A stretch of 31,418 nucleotides of DNA from Tolypothrix carrinoi HA7290-LM1 (GCA_019358935.1 JAHHIK010000097.1:1-31418); one strand, 5' to 3'. Numbered from the stretch's first letter, positions 18,518 through 28,684 are shown. A program made the numbers and translations. Notes: generated by a model not told the origin, from the sequence alone.

Positions 18518-19756
18518 TTATTCATTAAACCAAAGCGAATGTGCTGGATTACTTTCACCGAGAACATACTGTCCTACACTAGAAAGTGCAGCATCAAACG
18601 CCGGTTGACGCAGATACAGCGTTAAATCCCGGATGATGCGTTCCATCGGATTTGGTGGTAGCAAACCGCGAGTCCCAACAGAACGTTCGCACATTTGCAT
18701 GATGTCAATGCAAATTTGTTCAATTACTGTTCGCACCATATTTGCATAAGCGACGAGTTGACTAGCTTGTGGGTTATCAACCGTCGGATAACCTCCAAAC
18801 ACAGGTGCATATGCTGCTACCATATCCGCAGCCGATCGCAACCAGAGATTACCAGTTTCAATCGCGATCGCCATTCTACCCAGTCGTTCTCTTTGGTACG
18901 GATCGTTTGTATAATTCAGTTTTTGCAGATATTCGCGAGTTAAATCAAATAATGCTTCTGCACCACCCAATTGCACCGCTGCAAAGCGAACGACTCCCAC
19001 AGATAACCAAGGCTGTCTATAATAGTCTCCAGGTTCACCGATTAAAGCGTTTTGCTGCAACTCAACGCCGCTAAAATCTACTTTATAGCTAGCAGTTGCT
19101 CGCATTCCCGCAGGTTGCCACCAAGATGGATCGCTTACCGTTGCTACTTCATCCATTGGGACAATGCACATTTGCCAAGTGCCATCGGGTAAGACTCCAT
19201 TCACAAACGGACGCTCAACGTAACCAGAACCAGAACAAAAGGTTTTACAACCTTCGAGGCGATATTTACCATCCTCTAGGGGAATAATTTTAACACCATC
19301 AGCAGCTTCCGCATTCCAAACGCCAAATATTTTCAGGCGATCGCGTGCTTCACTTGCATAAGTTGCGATTTGTTCTTTAGTACCAAAAGTTTGAATTAGT
19401 TGCAGTGCATTGATATGTCCCTCATAAACTCGCCCAACCGCCAAATTACCACGCCCTATCTGCTTTAATAACATTAGCAGTTGTTGAGTGACACTCGAAT
19501 CAATTCCCGCACCCCACCCACCTAAACCTCGGTGTAAAGGTGCAGCCAACAAGCCAGCCTCAGCAATTAACTCAAACTCCTTTTTTGGGAAAGCGCCATT
19601 ATAATCAATCGCGCTAGCGTTTAGCATACAATAATCAGCAATCTCTCTAGCACGCCTGAGAGCTTCCGCAATGCACGAATCATGCCATTCTGTAAGGATA
19701 ACATCCTTTGATAGTTGACTAACGATAGCTGCCTCCTTGACATAACATATCTTCAC
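18518..19756 (-). CDS. Acyl-CoA dehydrogenase-fold flavoprotein
   Basis: GRGNLAVGRVYEGHINAL, LEGCKTFCSG, GMRATAS and MERIIRDLTLYLRQ. Confidence 0.88.
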   Translation of the reverse strand: MKICYVKEAAIVSQLSKDVILTEWHDSCIAEALRRAREIADYCMLNASAIDYNGAFPKKEFELIAEAGLLAAPLHRGLGGWGAGIDSSVTQQLLMLLKQIGRGNLAVGRVYEGHINALQLIQTFGTKEQIATYASEARDRLKIFGVWNAEAADGVKIIPLEDGKYRLEGCKTFCSGSGYVERPFVNGVLPDGTWQMCIVPMDEVATVSDPSWWQPAGMRATASYKVDFSGVELQQNALIGEPGDYYRQPWLSVGVVRFAAVQLGGAEALFDLTREYLQKLNYTNDPYQRERLGRMAIAIETGNLWLRSAADMVAAYAPVFGGYPTVDNPQASQLVAYANMVRTVIEQICIDIMQMCERSVGTRGLLPPNPMERIIRDLTLYLRQPAFDAALSSVGQYVLGESNPAHSLWFNE

Positions 19757-19836
19757 ATATTTATGAAGATAATGAAATTCAGTTGGATAACGCCTCTATC
19801 TTCTGCGGGAAATTTTGCGCGTCAGCACTCGTGTGC

Positions 19837-20085
19837 TTAAAACGTGCAATCAAAAGAAACCAATTTCTCATTAACCGATACAATCCGATCCAAGCGAATT
19901 TCTGTCCCATCCTTCAGCTTGATAAAATCTGCCTGATTCGCCGCATAAACATCGACAATCCGCCCTTTTACCTCAATTACCTCATCATCAACATTTTTAT
20001 ATACAATCCGGCATTCCTGGCGCAATGTCGCCAGGGATTCTAATTCGTCGTGAAAATCACAACTGACCAGCATATATGCATCCAT
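19837..20085 (-). CDS. Rof/YaeO-like (Rho-binding antiterminator family) small protein
   Basis: Y..VSCDFHDELE at the N terminus and EIRLDRIVS near the C terminus parallel the YQPINCDDYDNLE and ELRLDKITS segments of E. coli YaeO (recalled from memory). Confidence 0.72.
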   Translation of the reverse strand: MDAYMLVSCDFHDELESLATLRQECRIVYKNVDDEVIEVKGRIVDVYAANQADFIKLKDGTEIRLDRIVSVNEKLVSFDCTF

Positions 20086-20130
20086 TAAACTGCACCTTTT
20101 TAAAACGTTGAAACGCTTACTACGATTTTC

Positions 20131-21324
20131 TCATTTTATATTCGCCAAGACAATTTCTCCTTTCTTATTAATCTTCATCGGGTTATCCGGAAAAGCATTC
20201 TTATTCAAATAACGCAATAGACTCACAGTTCTAAACCGCTGATCTATCTGCGGAATTCCCTGTTTATTCATCCGAACCGGGATAATTTTACTTCCAACTA
20301 ATTCGCCATCAGGGTTCATTTTGACTTCTAAAATCATTGAATAACTGGTTTCACCTTCTGTTGATAAAGTTCGGTATCCGAGAAAGTTTCCTAATGAATA
20401 AGCGATGAGTTTACCCTTATAGATTTCCATCGCTCTAGGGACGTGAGGTCCATGTCCTATAACTAAATCTGCGCCGGCATCAATCATCGTCCGAGCAAAT
20501 TTCATCGAATTTCCTCGGTCTTCTCCATAGAAATATTCAGTCTTATTTTTCACATGCATTGCCCCGGTTCCCTCCGCACCTGCCTGCATGGAAATAATTA
20601 CCAGATTGGCGTTGGATCTAGCTTCTTCAACGAGTGCTTTAGCTGTTTCTAAATCGTGCATTGAGTTGTAAATGTCATAGGTAGTAAATCCAATCATCGC
20701 TACCGGAACATTACGAACTTGTTTATAGAGAATTTGATTTTTATGACCTAATGTTTCAATGCCAACTGCGGCAAGATTATTAACAGTATCGCGAAATCCC
20801 ACCTTGCCAAAGTCTAATGCATGGTTGTTTGCCATATTGAAAACATCAAAGCCAACATCAGCAAACAACTGTGCATATGCTGGGGGAGAACGAAAGGCGA
20901 AAATTTGCCCTTGATTGATATCTTTGGAAGAGTAGGGATAGGTAGTTAAACTAGTTTCCAGATTACCCAATAATAAATCGGCTCTTTGCAAGTATGCTCT
21001 CACCGACTTTGGGATTAGCTGATTGCGATCGCGTAGAAGTCTGTTATTTGGGTAATTAGTACCGGGAATTACATCCCCCACAGCTTGAATCGTGATGTAA
21101 TCTGATTCTGGTTCCTCAAAACTTGGCAGTGGTGTGTATTCTGGCTGATATCCTGGTAAAAGCGGTATCGCTTCTTCTGAAGTTGCAGCTTGCGATCGCT
21201 GCACTTGCCCAAAGCGGACAAAGATTCCGATACTAATGCCTACACAAAAACAAAAGCTGATAAAACTCAAAGGGAGTAATCGCCCAATTCTATTTGCCAT
21301 ATTCGCAGTAGTTCCACTCCTCAC
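20131..21324 (-). CDS. CapA family (PGA_cap) metallophosphatase-fold membrane-anchored protein; true start possibly at 21300
   Basis: AVGDV, GNLET, ANNHALDFG, GHGPHV and YSLGNF motifs; N-terminal TM helix. Confidence 0.9.
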   Translation of the reverse strand: MRSGTTANMANRIGRLLPLSFISFCFCVGISIGIFVRFGQVQRSQAATSEEAIPLLPGYQPEYTPLPSFEEPESDYITIQAVGDVIPGTNYPNNRLLRDRNQLIPKSVRAYLQRADLLLGNLETSLTTYPYSSKDINQGQIFAFRSPPAYAQLFADVGFDVFNMANNHALDFGKVGFRDTVNNLAAVGIETLGHKNQILYKQVRNVPVAMIGFTTYDIYNSMHDLETAKALVEEARSNANLVIISMQAGAEGTGAMHVKNKTEYFYGEDRGNSMKFARTMIDAGADLVIGHGPHVPRAMEIYKGKLIAYSLGNFLGYRTLSTEGETSYSMILEVKMNPDGELVGSKIIPVRMNKQGIPQIDQRFRTVSLLRYLNKNAFPDNPMKINKKGEIVLANIK

Positions 21325-21439
21325 ATTATGGGATTAGTTTAGCCCATAAATAGGGAATTTTTGGTATAAATTAACGTATCCTCTTTGCAAATCTTGATAG
21401 CCAAATATTTAACAACACTCTGCGACCCTCCGCGTTTAC

Positions 21440-21640
21440 AGAAAGTAGGGTGTGGGGTGTGGGGTGTGGGGTGTGGGGTGTGGGGGATGAAGAGAAAACT
21501 TTAGTTCTGGGTAACAGCCACGTAAAAAAAAAGATGTCCGATCGAGACACGCAGTGCGATGAAATACAGCGTCCTTATTTCAATCCCACGTTATAGCGCG
21601 TGGGTCTCTACACCCTACACCCTACCCCCTACACCCTTCT
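21440..21640. mobile_element. MITE-like element with inverted heptamer-repeat ends, inserted into a CTCTGCG-type SDR
   Basis: (GGGGTGT)n on the left and (TACACCC)n..TTCT on the right. The flanks rejoin to resemble 16178-16230. Confidence 0.65.
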
Positions 21641-21714
21641 GAACTCAGCGTCCCTCTGCGTTTAAAAACGCTAAATGTTGCAATACTCTGGAATGCGATT
21701 GTCACTCGATACAA

Positions 21715-21871
21715 TAGACATCTCCAGAAAAGAAAAAAGACCCCGCTTCCATTCCTCTCCCCGAAACGGAGAGAGGCTTTAAAACCCCCCTTCCCTACGA
21801 GGGAAGGGGGGCTAGGGGGGTTAGGTCTGTGTGTAAATTTGCGGTCTCTAAATCTTTTCCGGAGATGTCTA
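21715..21871. mobile_element. 157-bp MITE with 19-bp TIRs (TAGACATCTCC(A/G)GAAAAGA)
   Basis: TIRs at 21715-21733 and 21853-21871 with one mismatch; internal hairpin CCCCCCTTCCCT..AGGGAAGGGGGG. Confidence 0.85.
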
Positions 21872-21884
21872 ATGCGATTCTTCG

Positions 21885-22209
21885 CCGATGCAATCGCATT
21901 GTCACCCGATGCAATGGCATTGTCACCCGATGCAATCGCATTGTCACCCGATGCAATCGCATTGTCACCCGATGCAATGGCATTGTCACCCGATGCAATC
22001 GCATTGTCACCCGATGCAATGGCATTGTCACCCGATGCAATCGCATTGTCACCCGATGCAATGGCATTGTCACCCGATGCAATGGCATTGTCACCCGATG
22101 CAATGGCATTGTCACCCGATGCAATCGCATTGTCACCCGATGCAATGGCATTGTCACCCGATGCAATCGCATTGTCACCCGATGCAATGGCATTGTCACC
22201 CGATGCATT
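21885..22209. repeat. Tandem array of 15 full 21-bp units CCGATGCAAT(C/G)GCATTGTCAC plus a partial unit
   Basis: Directly visible; the only variable base is position 11. Confidence 0.97.
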
Positions 22210-22271
22210 GTAAAGACGCGATAAATCGGCGTCTCTACATCTAACGCGATAAATCGCCGTCTCTACATCTT
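22210..22271. repeat. REP-like hairpins (GTAAAGACGCGATAAATCGGCGTCTCTAC and a partial duplicate)
   Basis: Same GTAGAGACG..CGTCTCTAC family as 18462. Confidence 0.65.
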
Positions 22272-22313
22272 TGACAACAGATGACTACTACTTTATCGCG
22301 GCGATCGCAATTG

Positions 22314-22414
22314 ATACCAATTGAAAAAATGATTGCGACAAATGGATTGTTGAAACGCTTGCATAGCAACAACTTTACAATCCAAAATCTAAAATCCAAA
22401 ATCCAAAATGGTAT
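22314..22414. mobile_element. Small element with short ATACCA..TGGTAT inverted ends carrying an AATCCAA heptamer tract
   Basis: ATACCAATT at the left, AAATGGTAT at the right, and an (AATC(C/T)AA)4 STRR inside. Confidence 0.5.
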
Positions 22415-22484
22415 GACTTGCAACTATCCACATAAGCTAAACCCCCAAACATTCCCCCCCTCTCCCTCTCCCCCCCTCTCCCCC

Positions 22485-25400
22485 TCATCTTTTCTTACAT
22501 CCCTCAAGTTCTTCCAACGTCTCCGGATGAGCGATAAAGTAATCACTTAACCACAGACAACCCCTATTTAACAGTTCATCTAAGTTTTCAACTTGCCACA
22601 CCTTGGCGGTTTTGTCCCAAGATGCTGTGACAATTCGTTTGCCATCAGGACTAAAACTGGCGCTGATGACTTCTGCTTGATGCCCAGTCAGGGTGGCGAT
22701 GAGTTTGCCATTTAAGTCCCACACCTTGGCGGTTTTGTCCCAAGATGCGGTGACAATTCGTTTGCCATCAGGACTAAAACTGGCGCTGTAGACTATTGAT
22801 TGATGCCCAGTCAGGGTGGCGATGAGTTTGCCATTTAAGTCCCACACCTTCGCGGTTTTGTCAACTGAAGCTGTGACAATTCGTTTGCCATCAGGACTAA
22901 AACTGGCGCTGATGACTTCTCCTTGATGCCCAGTCAGGGTAGCGATGAGTTTGCCATTTAAATCCCACACCTTGGCGGTATTGTCAGATGAAGCAGTGAC
23001 AATTCGTTTGCCATCAGGACTAAAACTGGCGCTGATGACACTATCTTGATGCCCAGTCAGGGTGGCGATGAGTTTGCCATTTATGTCCCACACCTTGGCG
23101 GTTTTGTCAAATGAAGCGGTGACAATTCGTTTGCCATCAGGACTAAAACTGGCGCTGTAGACTTCTGCTTGATGCCCAGTCAGGGTGGCGATGAGTTTGC
23201 CATTTAAGTCCCACACCTTGGCGGTTTTGTCTCTGGATGCTGTGACAATTCGTTTGCCATCAGGACTAAAACTGGCGCTGTAGACTTCTTGTTGATGCCC
23301 AGTCAGGGTGGCGATGAGTTTGCCATTTAAGTCCCACACCTTCGCGGTTTTGTCAGATGAAGCTGTGACAATTCGTTTGCCATCAGGACTAAAACTGGCG
23401 CTGTTGACATATGCTTGATGCCCAGTCAGGGTGGCGATGAGTTTGCCATTTAAGTCCCACACCTTGGCGGTATTGTCAGATGAAGCAGTGACAATTCGTT
23501 TGCCATCAGGACTAAAACTGGCGCTGTTGACATATGATTGATGCCCAGTCAGGGTAGCGATGAGTTTGCCATTTAAGTCCCACACCTTGGCGGTATTGTC
23601 GAATGAAGCAGTGACAATTCGTTTGCCATCAGGACTAAAACTGGCGCTGTTGACATATGCTTGATGCCCAGTCAGGGTGGCGATGAGTTTGCCATTTAAG
23701 TCCCACACCTTGGCGGTATTGTCAGATGAAGCAGTGACAATTCGTTTGCCATCAGGACTAAAACTGGCGCTGTAGACTTCTTGTTGATGCCCAGTCAGGG
23801 TAGCGATGAGTTTACCATTTAAGTCCCACACCTTGGCGGTATTGTCAAATGAAGCAGTGACAATTCGTTTGCCATCAGGACTAAAACTGGCGCTGTAGAC
23901 TTCTGCTTGATGCCCAGTCAGGGTGGCGATGAGTTTGCCATTTAAGTCCCACACCTTGGCGGTATTGTCAGATGAAGCAGTGACAATTCGTTTGCCATCA
24001 GGACTAAAACTGGCGCTGTAGACTGCTGATTGATGCCCAGTCAGGGTGGCGATGAGTTTGCCATTTAAGTCCCACACCTTGGCGGTTTTGTCAACGGAAG
24101 CGGTGACAATTCGTTTGCCATCAGGACTAAAACTGGCGCTGTTGACATATGCTTGATGCCCAGTCAGGGTGGCGATGAGTTTGCCATTTAAGTCCCACAC
24201 CTTGGCGGTTTTGTCAACGGAAGCGGTGACAATTCGTTTGCCATCAGGACTAAAACTGGCGCTGTTGACATATGCTTGATGCCCAGTCAGGGTGGCGATG
24301 AGTTTGCCATTTAAGTCCCACACCTTGGCGGTTTTGTCAACGGAAGCGGTGACAATTCGTTTGCCATCAGGACTAAAACTGGCGCTGTAGACTTCTGCTT
24401 GATGCCCGGTGAGTTGATTTCGCTCTTGGATATTATCTAAAATCGTTCTTAAAGCTAAAAGTGGGCTAGCTGCGGGATATTCCTCCAAGGAACGATTATC
24501 CTTAACTAGCTTTTGCAAATCTTGTCCAGCTAACATTGCCGATCGCAACGCTCCTATTTGGTCATAATCAAACTGCTGTAAAGCATTGCTACCTTCTCGT
24601 TCTAATCTGGTTCCTTGTACTGCTTCTTGTTGTTTGTTAAAAGCAACTGTTGCCATTATCCCGGCAATTATTGCCCCCACCACAGATATACCCAAAATCA
24701 AAGAACCAAGGCGAATCCGCTGATTAGCTTTTTGCGTCGCTGCTTGTAAAATCTGATTAGCTTGCTTTTGTGCTTCTATGGCTTCTCGCTTATCTGATTC
24801 TTGGCTAGCTGCCAAAAACTGATAATCCTCAACACCCAAGCTTTTATCTCCTGCCCAAATCAAAGCATCCTGTAAAGCTGCACCCCGCAACAACCGTGAT
24901 TCATCTTGACGATTTGTATCTATCCATGCTGTGAAAGCTTGAGAATAAGGACGCAGTTTGGCTAATTCTCTCTCAACCCAAGTCAGGTTAAAAACCGATT
25001 CATAAATCAAGTTATAAACTTTTAACTTTCCTTGCTGCTTAACCACCAACCCCGTTAACCGCAACTGCATTTGTTCCGGACTATCATTCGCCGCCACTTC
25101 ACCCTGTTGTAAAATTTGCTGATAAAGTCCTAACAGCCTGCCTGCACGTTGGTCACTACTCAAAATCCGATCTCTAATCGTCTTTAAATGCTCAGGCTCA
25201 TCCTGCGATTCCCAATTAGTAATAACATAAGTTTGAACCAACTCATTAACTTTAGACTCATCTTCAGTTTCCAGTCCCCAACCTTTAGTCTTGATTAACT
25301 TACAAAGTCTTTGAGTGAGAAACGGTTGTCCACCAGTCCAAGCCAAAATCTCTTGCAATACTCTTTGCGGATTACTAACCTTCCCCACAAACCCCAAAGC

Positions 25401-26069
25401 TAAGGGTTCAGCTTCATTTAACTCAAAGCCCGTGAGAGCGATCGCACGACCTATATTAAATGGTGTGCGCTTTTTATCTTTAATCAAATCCGAGGGAGTT
25501 GCTACCCCAAACAGTGTAAAAGTTATCCGCTTATACTCTGGTTGATCGGCACGCTGGTTATAGCAACTGCGGATTAAAGCAAAAAAATCGTCAACCGAAG
25601 GCAAATTTAAGCTGAGAATGCTATCGATTTCATCAATAAAAACAACAATGTTATCATTAATCGACGTTAGCAGCACATCCTCAATAAACTTGCCCAACCG
25701 CTGCACCGGCGAAAGTAAACCGTGACTTTCCCACCAGCTATCTAAATCAAAAGTTTCATACAAATACAGACTGCTAACAATACTATCAATCACCCCTGCA
25801 TACCATTGCTCGGCAGTGATATCCCAACTACCGATCGCTGTAATATCAATAGCAGCACAAGCAACACCCTCAGCTTGCAACCGTTGCATAGTTCTTACCC
25901 GCAAGCTAGATTTACCCATTTGCCGCGAGTTCAGCACATAACAAAAATCCCCAGCCTTCAGCCCCGCATACAAATCTTCATCTGCCTGCCGCGTCACATA
26001 AGTGAGAGAATCAGAAGGGAGACTTCCGCCAACTTGATATTCATAGCTTGGCTCAACTGTAGAACTCAT
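22485..26069 (-). CDS. AAA-like (AAA_35/STAND-type) ATPase with a transmembrane helix and 15 WD40 repeats
   Basis: Walker A SRQMGKSS and Walker B VVFIDEID; motifs PFNIG and [36 protein letters not shown]; 15 repeats of 41 aa (GH..WD). Confidence 0.95.
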   Translation of the reverse strand: MSSTVEPSYEYQVGGSLPSDSLTYVTRQADEDLYAGLKAGDFCYVLNSRQMGKSSLRVRTMQRLQAEGVACAAIDITAIGSWDITAEQWYAGVIDSIVSSLYLYETFDLDSWWESHGLLSPVQRLGKFIEDVLLTSINDNIVVFIDEIDSILSLNLPSVDDFFALIRSCYNQRADQPEYKRITFTLFGVATPSDLIKDKKRTPFNIGRAIALTGFELNEAEPLALGFVGKVSNPQRVLQEILAWTGGQPFLTQRLCKLIKTKGWGLETEDESKVNELVQTYVITNWESQDEPEHLKTIRDRILSSDQRAGRLLGLYQQILQQGEVAANDSPEQMQLRLTGLVVKQQGKLKVYNLIYESVFNLTWVERELAKLRPYSQAFTAWIDTNRQDESRLLRGAALQDALIWAGDKSLGVEDYQFLAASQESDKREAIEAQKQANQILQAATQKANQRIRLGSLILGISVVGAIIAGIMATVAFNKQQEAVQGTRLEREGSNALQQFDYDQIGALRSAMLAGQDLQKLVKDNRSLEEYPAASPLLALRTILDNIQERNQLTGHQAEVYSASFSPDGKRIVTASVDKTAKVWDLNGKLIATLTGHQAYVNSASFSPDGKRIVTASVDKTAKVWDLNGKLIATLTGHQAYVNSASFSPDGKRIVTASVDKTAKVWDLNGKLIATLTGHQSAVYSASFSPDGKRIVTASSDNTAKVWDLNGKLIATLTGHQAEVYSASFSPDGKRIVTASFDNTAKVWDLNGKLIATLTGHQQEVYSASFSPDGKRIVTASSDNTAKVWDLNGKLIATLTGHQAYVNSASFSPDGKRIVTASFDNTAKVWDLNGKLIATLTGHQSYVNSASFSPDGKRIVTASSDNTAKVWDLNGKLIATLTGHQAYVNSASFSPDGKRIVTASSDKTAKVWDLNGKLIATLTGHQQEVYSASFSPDGKRIVTASRDKTAKVWDLNGKLIATLTGHQAEVYSASFSPDGKRIVTASFDKTAKVWDINGKLIATLTGHQDSVISASFSPDGKRIVTASSDNTAKVWDLNGKLIATLTGHQGEVISASFSPDGKRIVTASVDKTAKVWDLNGKLIATLTGHQSIVYSASFSPDGKRIVTASWDKTAKVWDLNGKLIATLTGHQAEVISASFSPDGKRIVTASWDKTAKVWQVENLDELLNRGCLWLSDYFIAHPETLEELEGCKKR
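22590..24412 (-). repeat. 15 x 123-bp near-identical tandem repeats encoding WD40 blades
   Basis: Invariant GTGACAATTCGTTTGCCATCAGGACTAAAACTGGCGCTG core in every unit. Confidence 0.97.
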
Positions 26070-26211
26070 CTGTTAATTCTCAAGCAACCATCAAAACACC
26101 ATTGATTTCACCTGAGCGCGATATAACTATTAATTCTCTGCAAGATGCTCAGATTATACCGCATCCTCTTCTCTGCGCCTCTGCGCCTCTGCGTGAGAAA
26201 TATTTTAAAAA

Positions 26212-26296
26212 CGGAGAGGGGGGGATTCGAACCCCCGTTAGGTTTCCCTAAAACGCATTTCGAGTGCGTCACCATCAACCACTCGGACACCTCTCC
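26212..26296 (-). tRNA. trnS: tRNA-Ser (anticodon CGA)
   Basis: GGAGAGG acceptor stem, ACGCA-CTCGAAA-TGCGT anticodon arm, long variable arm, GGTTCGAATCC T-loop and discriminator G; CCA is not encoded. Confidence 0.97.
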
Positions 26297-26347
26297 ACAA
26301 GACATATTAAGCCTATAATAATTACACTATCACGAACCGATAAATTT

Positions 26348-28684
26348 TCACAAGACCGAAGCCCTATTTTCCGTAGCTTGAATAAACGCCTCAAACTCAC
26401 CTTTCGGACTCCATTGAATCGCTCCATCTCGCCCAGTAAAAAACAGCTTCGTTTGGCTTTGACTCAATTCGGAGAAAATTTTCGGATCAAGGTCGGCGTT
26501 AGGTGCGATCGCTATCTGTGGTTGCAGCGCCAAAACCAAATCTTTCAAAGACTCAGTAGCGCACCACAGCACTTGCGGATGAGGCAAAGCTTTATTTTTC
26601 AGAAGTTGACGCAGTTCATCAGGCTTGAGATTACCCACCAACAACCAACTTTGATTTTGAATTTGCATTTGTAAGACGGGTAATTGGTCATTGATTAACT
26701 GCACGACTGCCGAACCAGTATTCACAGTTTGACCGAGTGACAAAGGTTGATAAATTCCCTTACTTTTTGGTAGTTCCTTTTGGATAGCCTGACTTGCCAA
26801 TATATTGTCTGGGGTAGCAGAATAATCATAGAAAACTTTAATCGGCAAACGTTGCAGCAGCTCTAACCAACCACTGGTATCATCGCTTTGGAAATGAAGA
26901 GCGATCGCCCAATCAATTTGATTCACACTTTGCTGTTGCAAAAATGGTAAAATTGTGTAGCGTCCCGTACCTTCATCTCCACTATTAATCAGCGTTACCC
27001 TTCCTTGGTTTTGAATGACCAAAACAGGTTCTGTATCAGCCGCAAGCACTGTAATCTTAAATAAACTACTTGCAGAATGCCAAACTGGTATCAACACCAA
27101 AGCAACCGCAATCACAGTTGCAAACCACCAACGCCGCTGCCACCAACGCATCAACCAAACCGATATAATCAGAGCATAAATTGCCAGTAACTGCCAAATA
27201 GATATCGTCCCAACAGCAACAGAATTTCCTGGTAATTGAGCAAAAAATTCTGCTAGGCGAATGAGCAAATGTGTAGGGTGATACAACAAACTAGCTAAAG
27301 CACTGCCAGCCTGAGGAAAAATTAAGCTTGCCAAAGCGCTAATCATCCCACCGATACTAATTACGGAAATAAACGGAGTAGCAAGAATATTTAGGGGTAG
27401 ACTGTAAATTACTACCACGCTAAACACTTGTAATAATAACGGTAAAGTCCAAATTGTCGCCGCTAAGGGAACAGCAATCAAAGAAGCGATCGCCGGAGGC
27501 AACCAATTCAAACGCTGAGTTAACGGCGGTACTGTTACTATTAATCCCAACGTTGCTAAAAAACTCAACTGAAATCCTAAATCCCAAATCCACAAAGGAT
27601 TATAGAGCAATAACAGCGTCGCTGCCAGCAATAGCGATCCTAACTGCATCACCTTTCGTCTTAATGCCAAAGCTACTAATGCGGCAAATCCCATAATTAC
27701 CGCTCTGAGTACCGCAGGCTGGAAACCAGTTAAACTTAAGAAAAGAATTAAGGCAAACGAACCAACAAGAAATTGCGTTACACGTCTGGTACGTCTTGTC
27801 AACCCCAGCACCACACCTAATATTAAAGAAGTTTGAAATCCTGAAGCAGCCAAAGCATGAGCTAACCCTGCTTGCACAAACAAATCGCGAATTTCGTAAG
27901 GCAAATCAACAGCTTTGCTTCCTAAAACCATAGCACTGACAAGCAGACCTTCGGGAATACCTAATCCGCGAACAAGCGATCGCACAATTCGCTCCCCAAT
28001 TTTCCACCATCCCCATTTACGTTCTTCTTCTAAAATATTTATCTGCTTTCCAATCAAACCAGCAAAAGCCCCTTCCTGCTTGAGAAACTTTTGAAAGTCG
28101 AAACTACCAGGATTTGACGCTGCTTTTGGTTTGTACAAAACCCCAGTGATTGCAACTTGTTTACCAGGACTTAACCCAGTAGCTTGAAGTAAAGGCACAG
28201 TCACATACAACTTACCTGTTGCCCCTTTACTCATACCTGCTGAGTTACTTTCTTTTTTTACCTCATCCAGAGCCTTTACTTGCAACCAAAATTGTCCCCG
28301 TTGACTGCGAGTCAAGCGGGGTGTACTTGCCACCTCCCCGCGAACAATCACAAGTTGCTCTTGATTGTTGTTATTTCCTGGTGGAACAAACAGACTGATG
28401 TCATTTTTTCCAGGTTGCGGTACGCGGAATTGAAAATACAAACTTGCAAACAACCCAATCAAGCCAGCAACTATCCATATAATTGGTTTGGGATTAGTTT
28501 GCCAATTAGGTGGTGCAGCCTTAGTTTTCTGTAGTGCTTTTGTCAAAGTAATGCGGCGTCTTCTCAAAAAAACCGCTCCCACTATTCCCAAAATCAGCAC
28601 CCAAACTCCACCGAAAGGAACTGCTGTAAACAGCAACCCTAGAATGTAGCCAAGACAAATAACTACACCATTTGCCTGAATCAT
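26348..28684 (-). CDS. comEC: ComEC/Rec2 competence protein
   Basis: NPGSFDF, AGLAHALAASGFQ, PAVLRA and DLGFQLSFLATLGL motifs; degenerate C-terminal metallo-beta-lactamase domain (TGRDGAI). Confidence 0.95.
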   Translation of the reverse strand: MIQANGVVICLGYILGLLFTAVPFGGVWVLILGIVGAVFLRRRRITLTKALQKTKAAPPNWQTNPKPIIWIVAGLIGLFASLYFQFRVPQPGKNDISLFVPPGNNNNQEQLVIVRGEVASTPRLTRSQRGQFWLQVKALDEVKKESNSAGMSKGATGKLYVTVPLLQATGLSPGKQVAITGVLYKPKAASNPGSFDFQKFLKQEGAFAGLIGKQINILEEERKWGWWKIGERIVRSLVRGLGIPEGLLVSAMVLGSKAVDLPYEIRDLFVQAGLAHALAASGFQTSLILGVVLGLTRRTRRVTQFLVGSFALILFLSLTGFQPAVLRAVIMGFAALVALALRRKVMQLGSLLLAATLLLLYNPLWIWDLGFQLSFLATLGLIVTVPPLTQRLNWLPPAIASLIAVPLAATIWTLPLLLQVFSVVVIYSLPLNILATPFISVISIGGMISALASLIFPQAGSALASLLYHPTHLLIRLAEFFAQLPGNSVAVGTISIWQLLAIYALIISVWLMRWWQRRWWFATVIAVALVLIPVWHSASSLFKITVLAADTEPVLVIQNQGRVTLINSGDEGTGRYTILPFLQQQSVNQIDWAIALHFQSDDTSGWLELLQRLPIKVFYDYSATPDNILASQAIQKELPKSKGIYQPLSLGQTVNTGSAVVQLINDQLPVLQMQIQNQSWLLVGNLKPDELRQLLKNKALPHPQVLWCATESLKDLVLALQPQIAIAPNADLDPKIFSELSQSQTKLFFTGRDGAIQWSPKGEFEAFIQATENRASVL

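Noticed and set aside
20131..21324. Poly-gamma-glutamate capsule locus
   Set aside because: No capB/capC neighbours; stand-alone CapA-family proteins are common.
21885..22209. Possible CRISPR array (also 29480-29590)
   Set aside because: Units are contiguous with no unique spacers, and there are no cas genes in the window.
21795..22244. Heptapeptide-repeat ORFs in four frames
   Set aside because: A by-product of a stop-free 21-bp unit; starts and stops fall in MITE/REP sequence or the array itself, and there is no coding evidence.
22590..24412. Diversity-generating retroelement target (AAC/TAC/ATC codon variation)
   Set aside because: The other variable codons (GCA/TCA/CAA/GAT/GGA) do not specifically indicate adenine-directed mutagenesis, identical variants recur as blocks, and no reverse transcriptase or template repeat is present in the window.
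26100..26296. tRNA-Ser as the attachment site of an integrated island
   Set aside because: No integrase, and I saw no duplicated tRNA 3' end elsewhere in the window.
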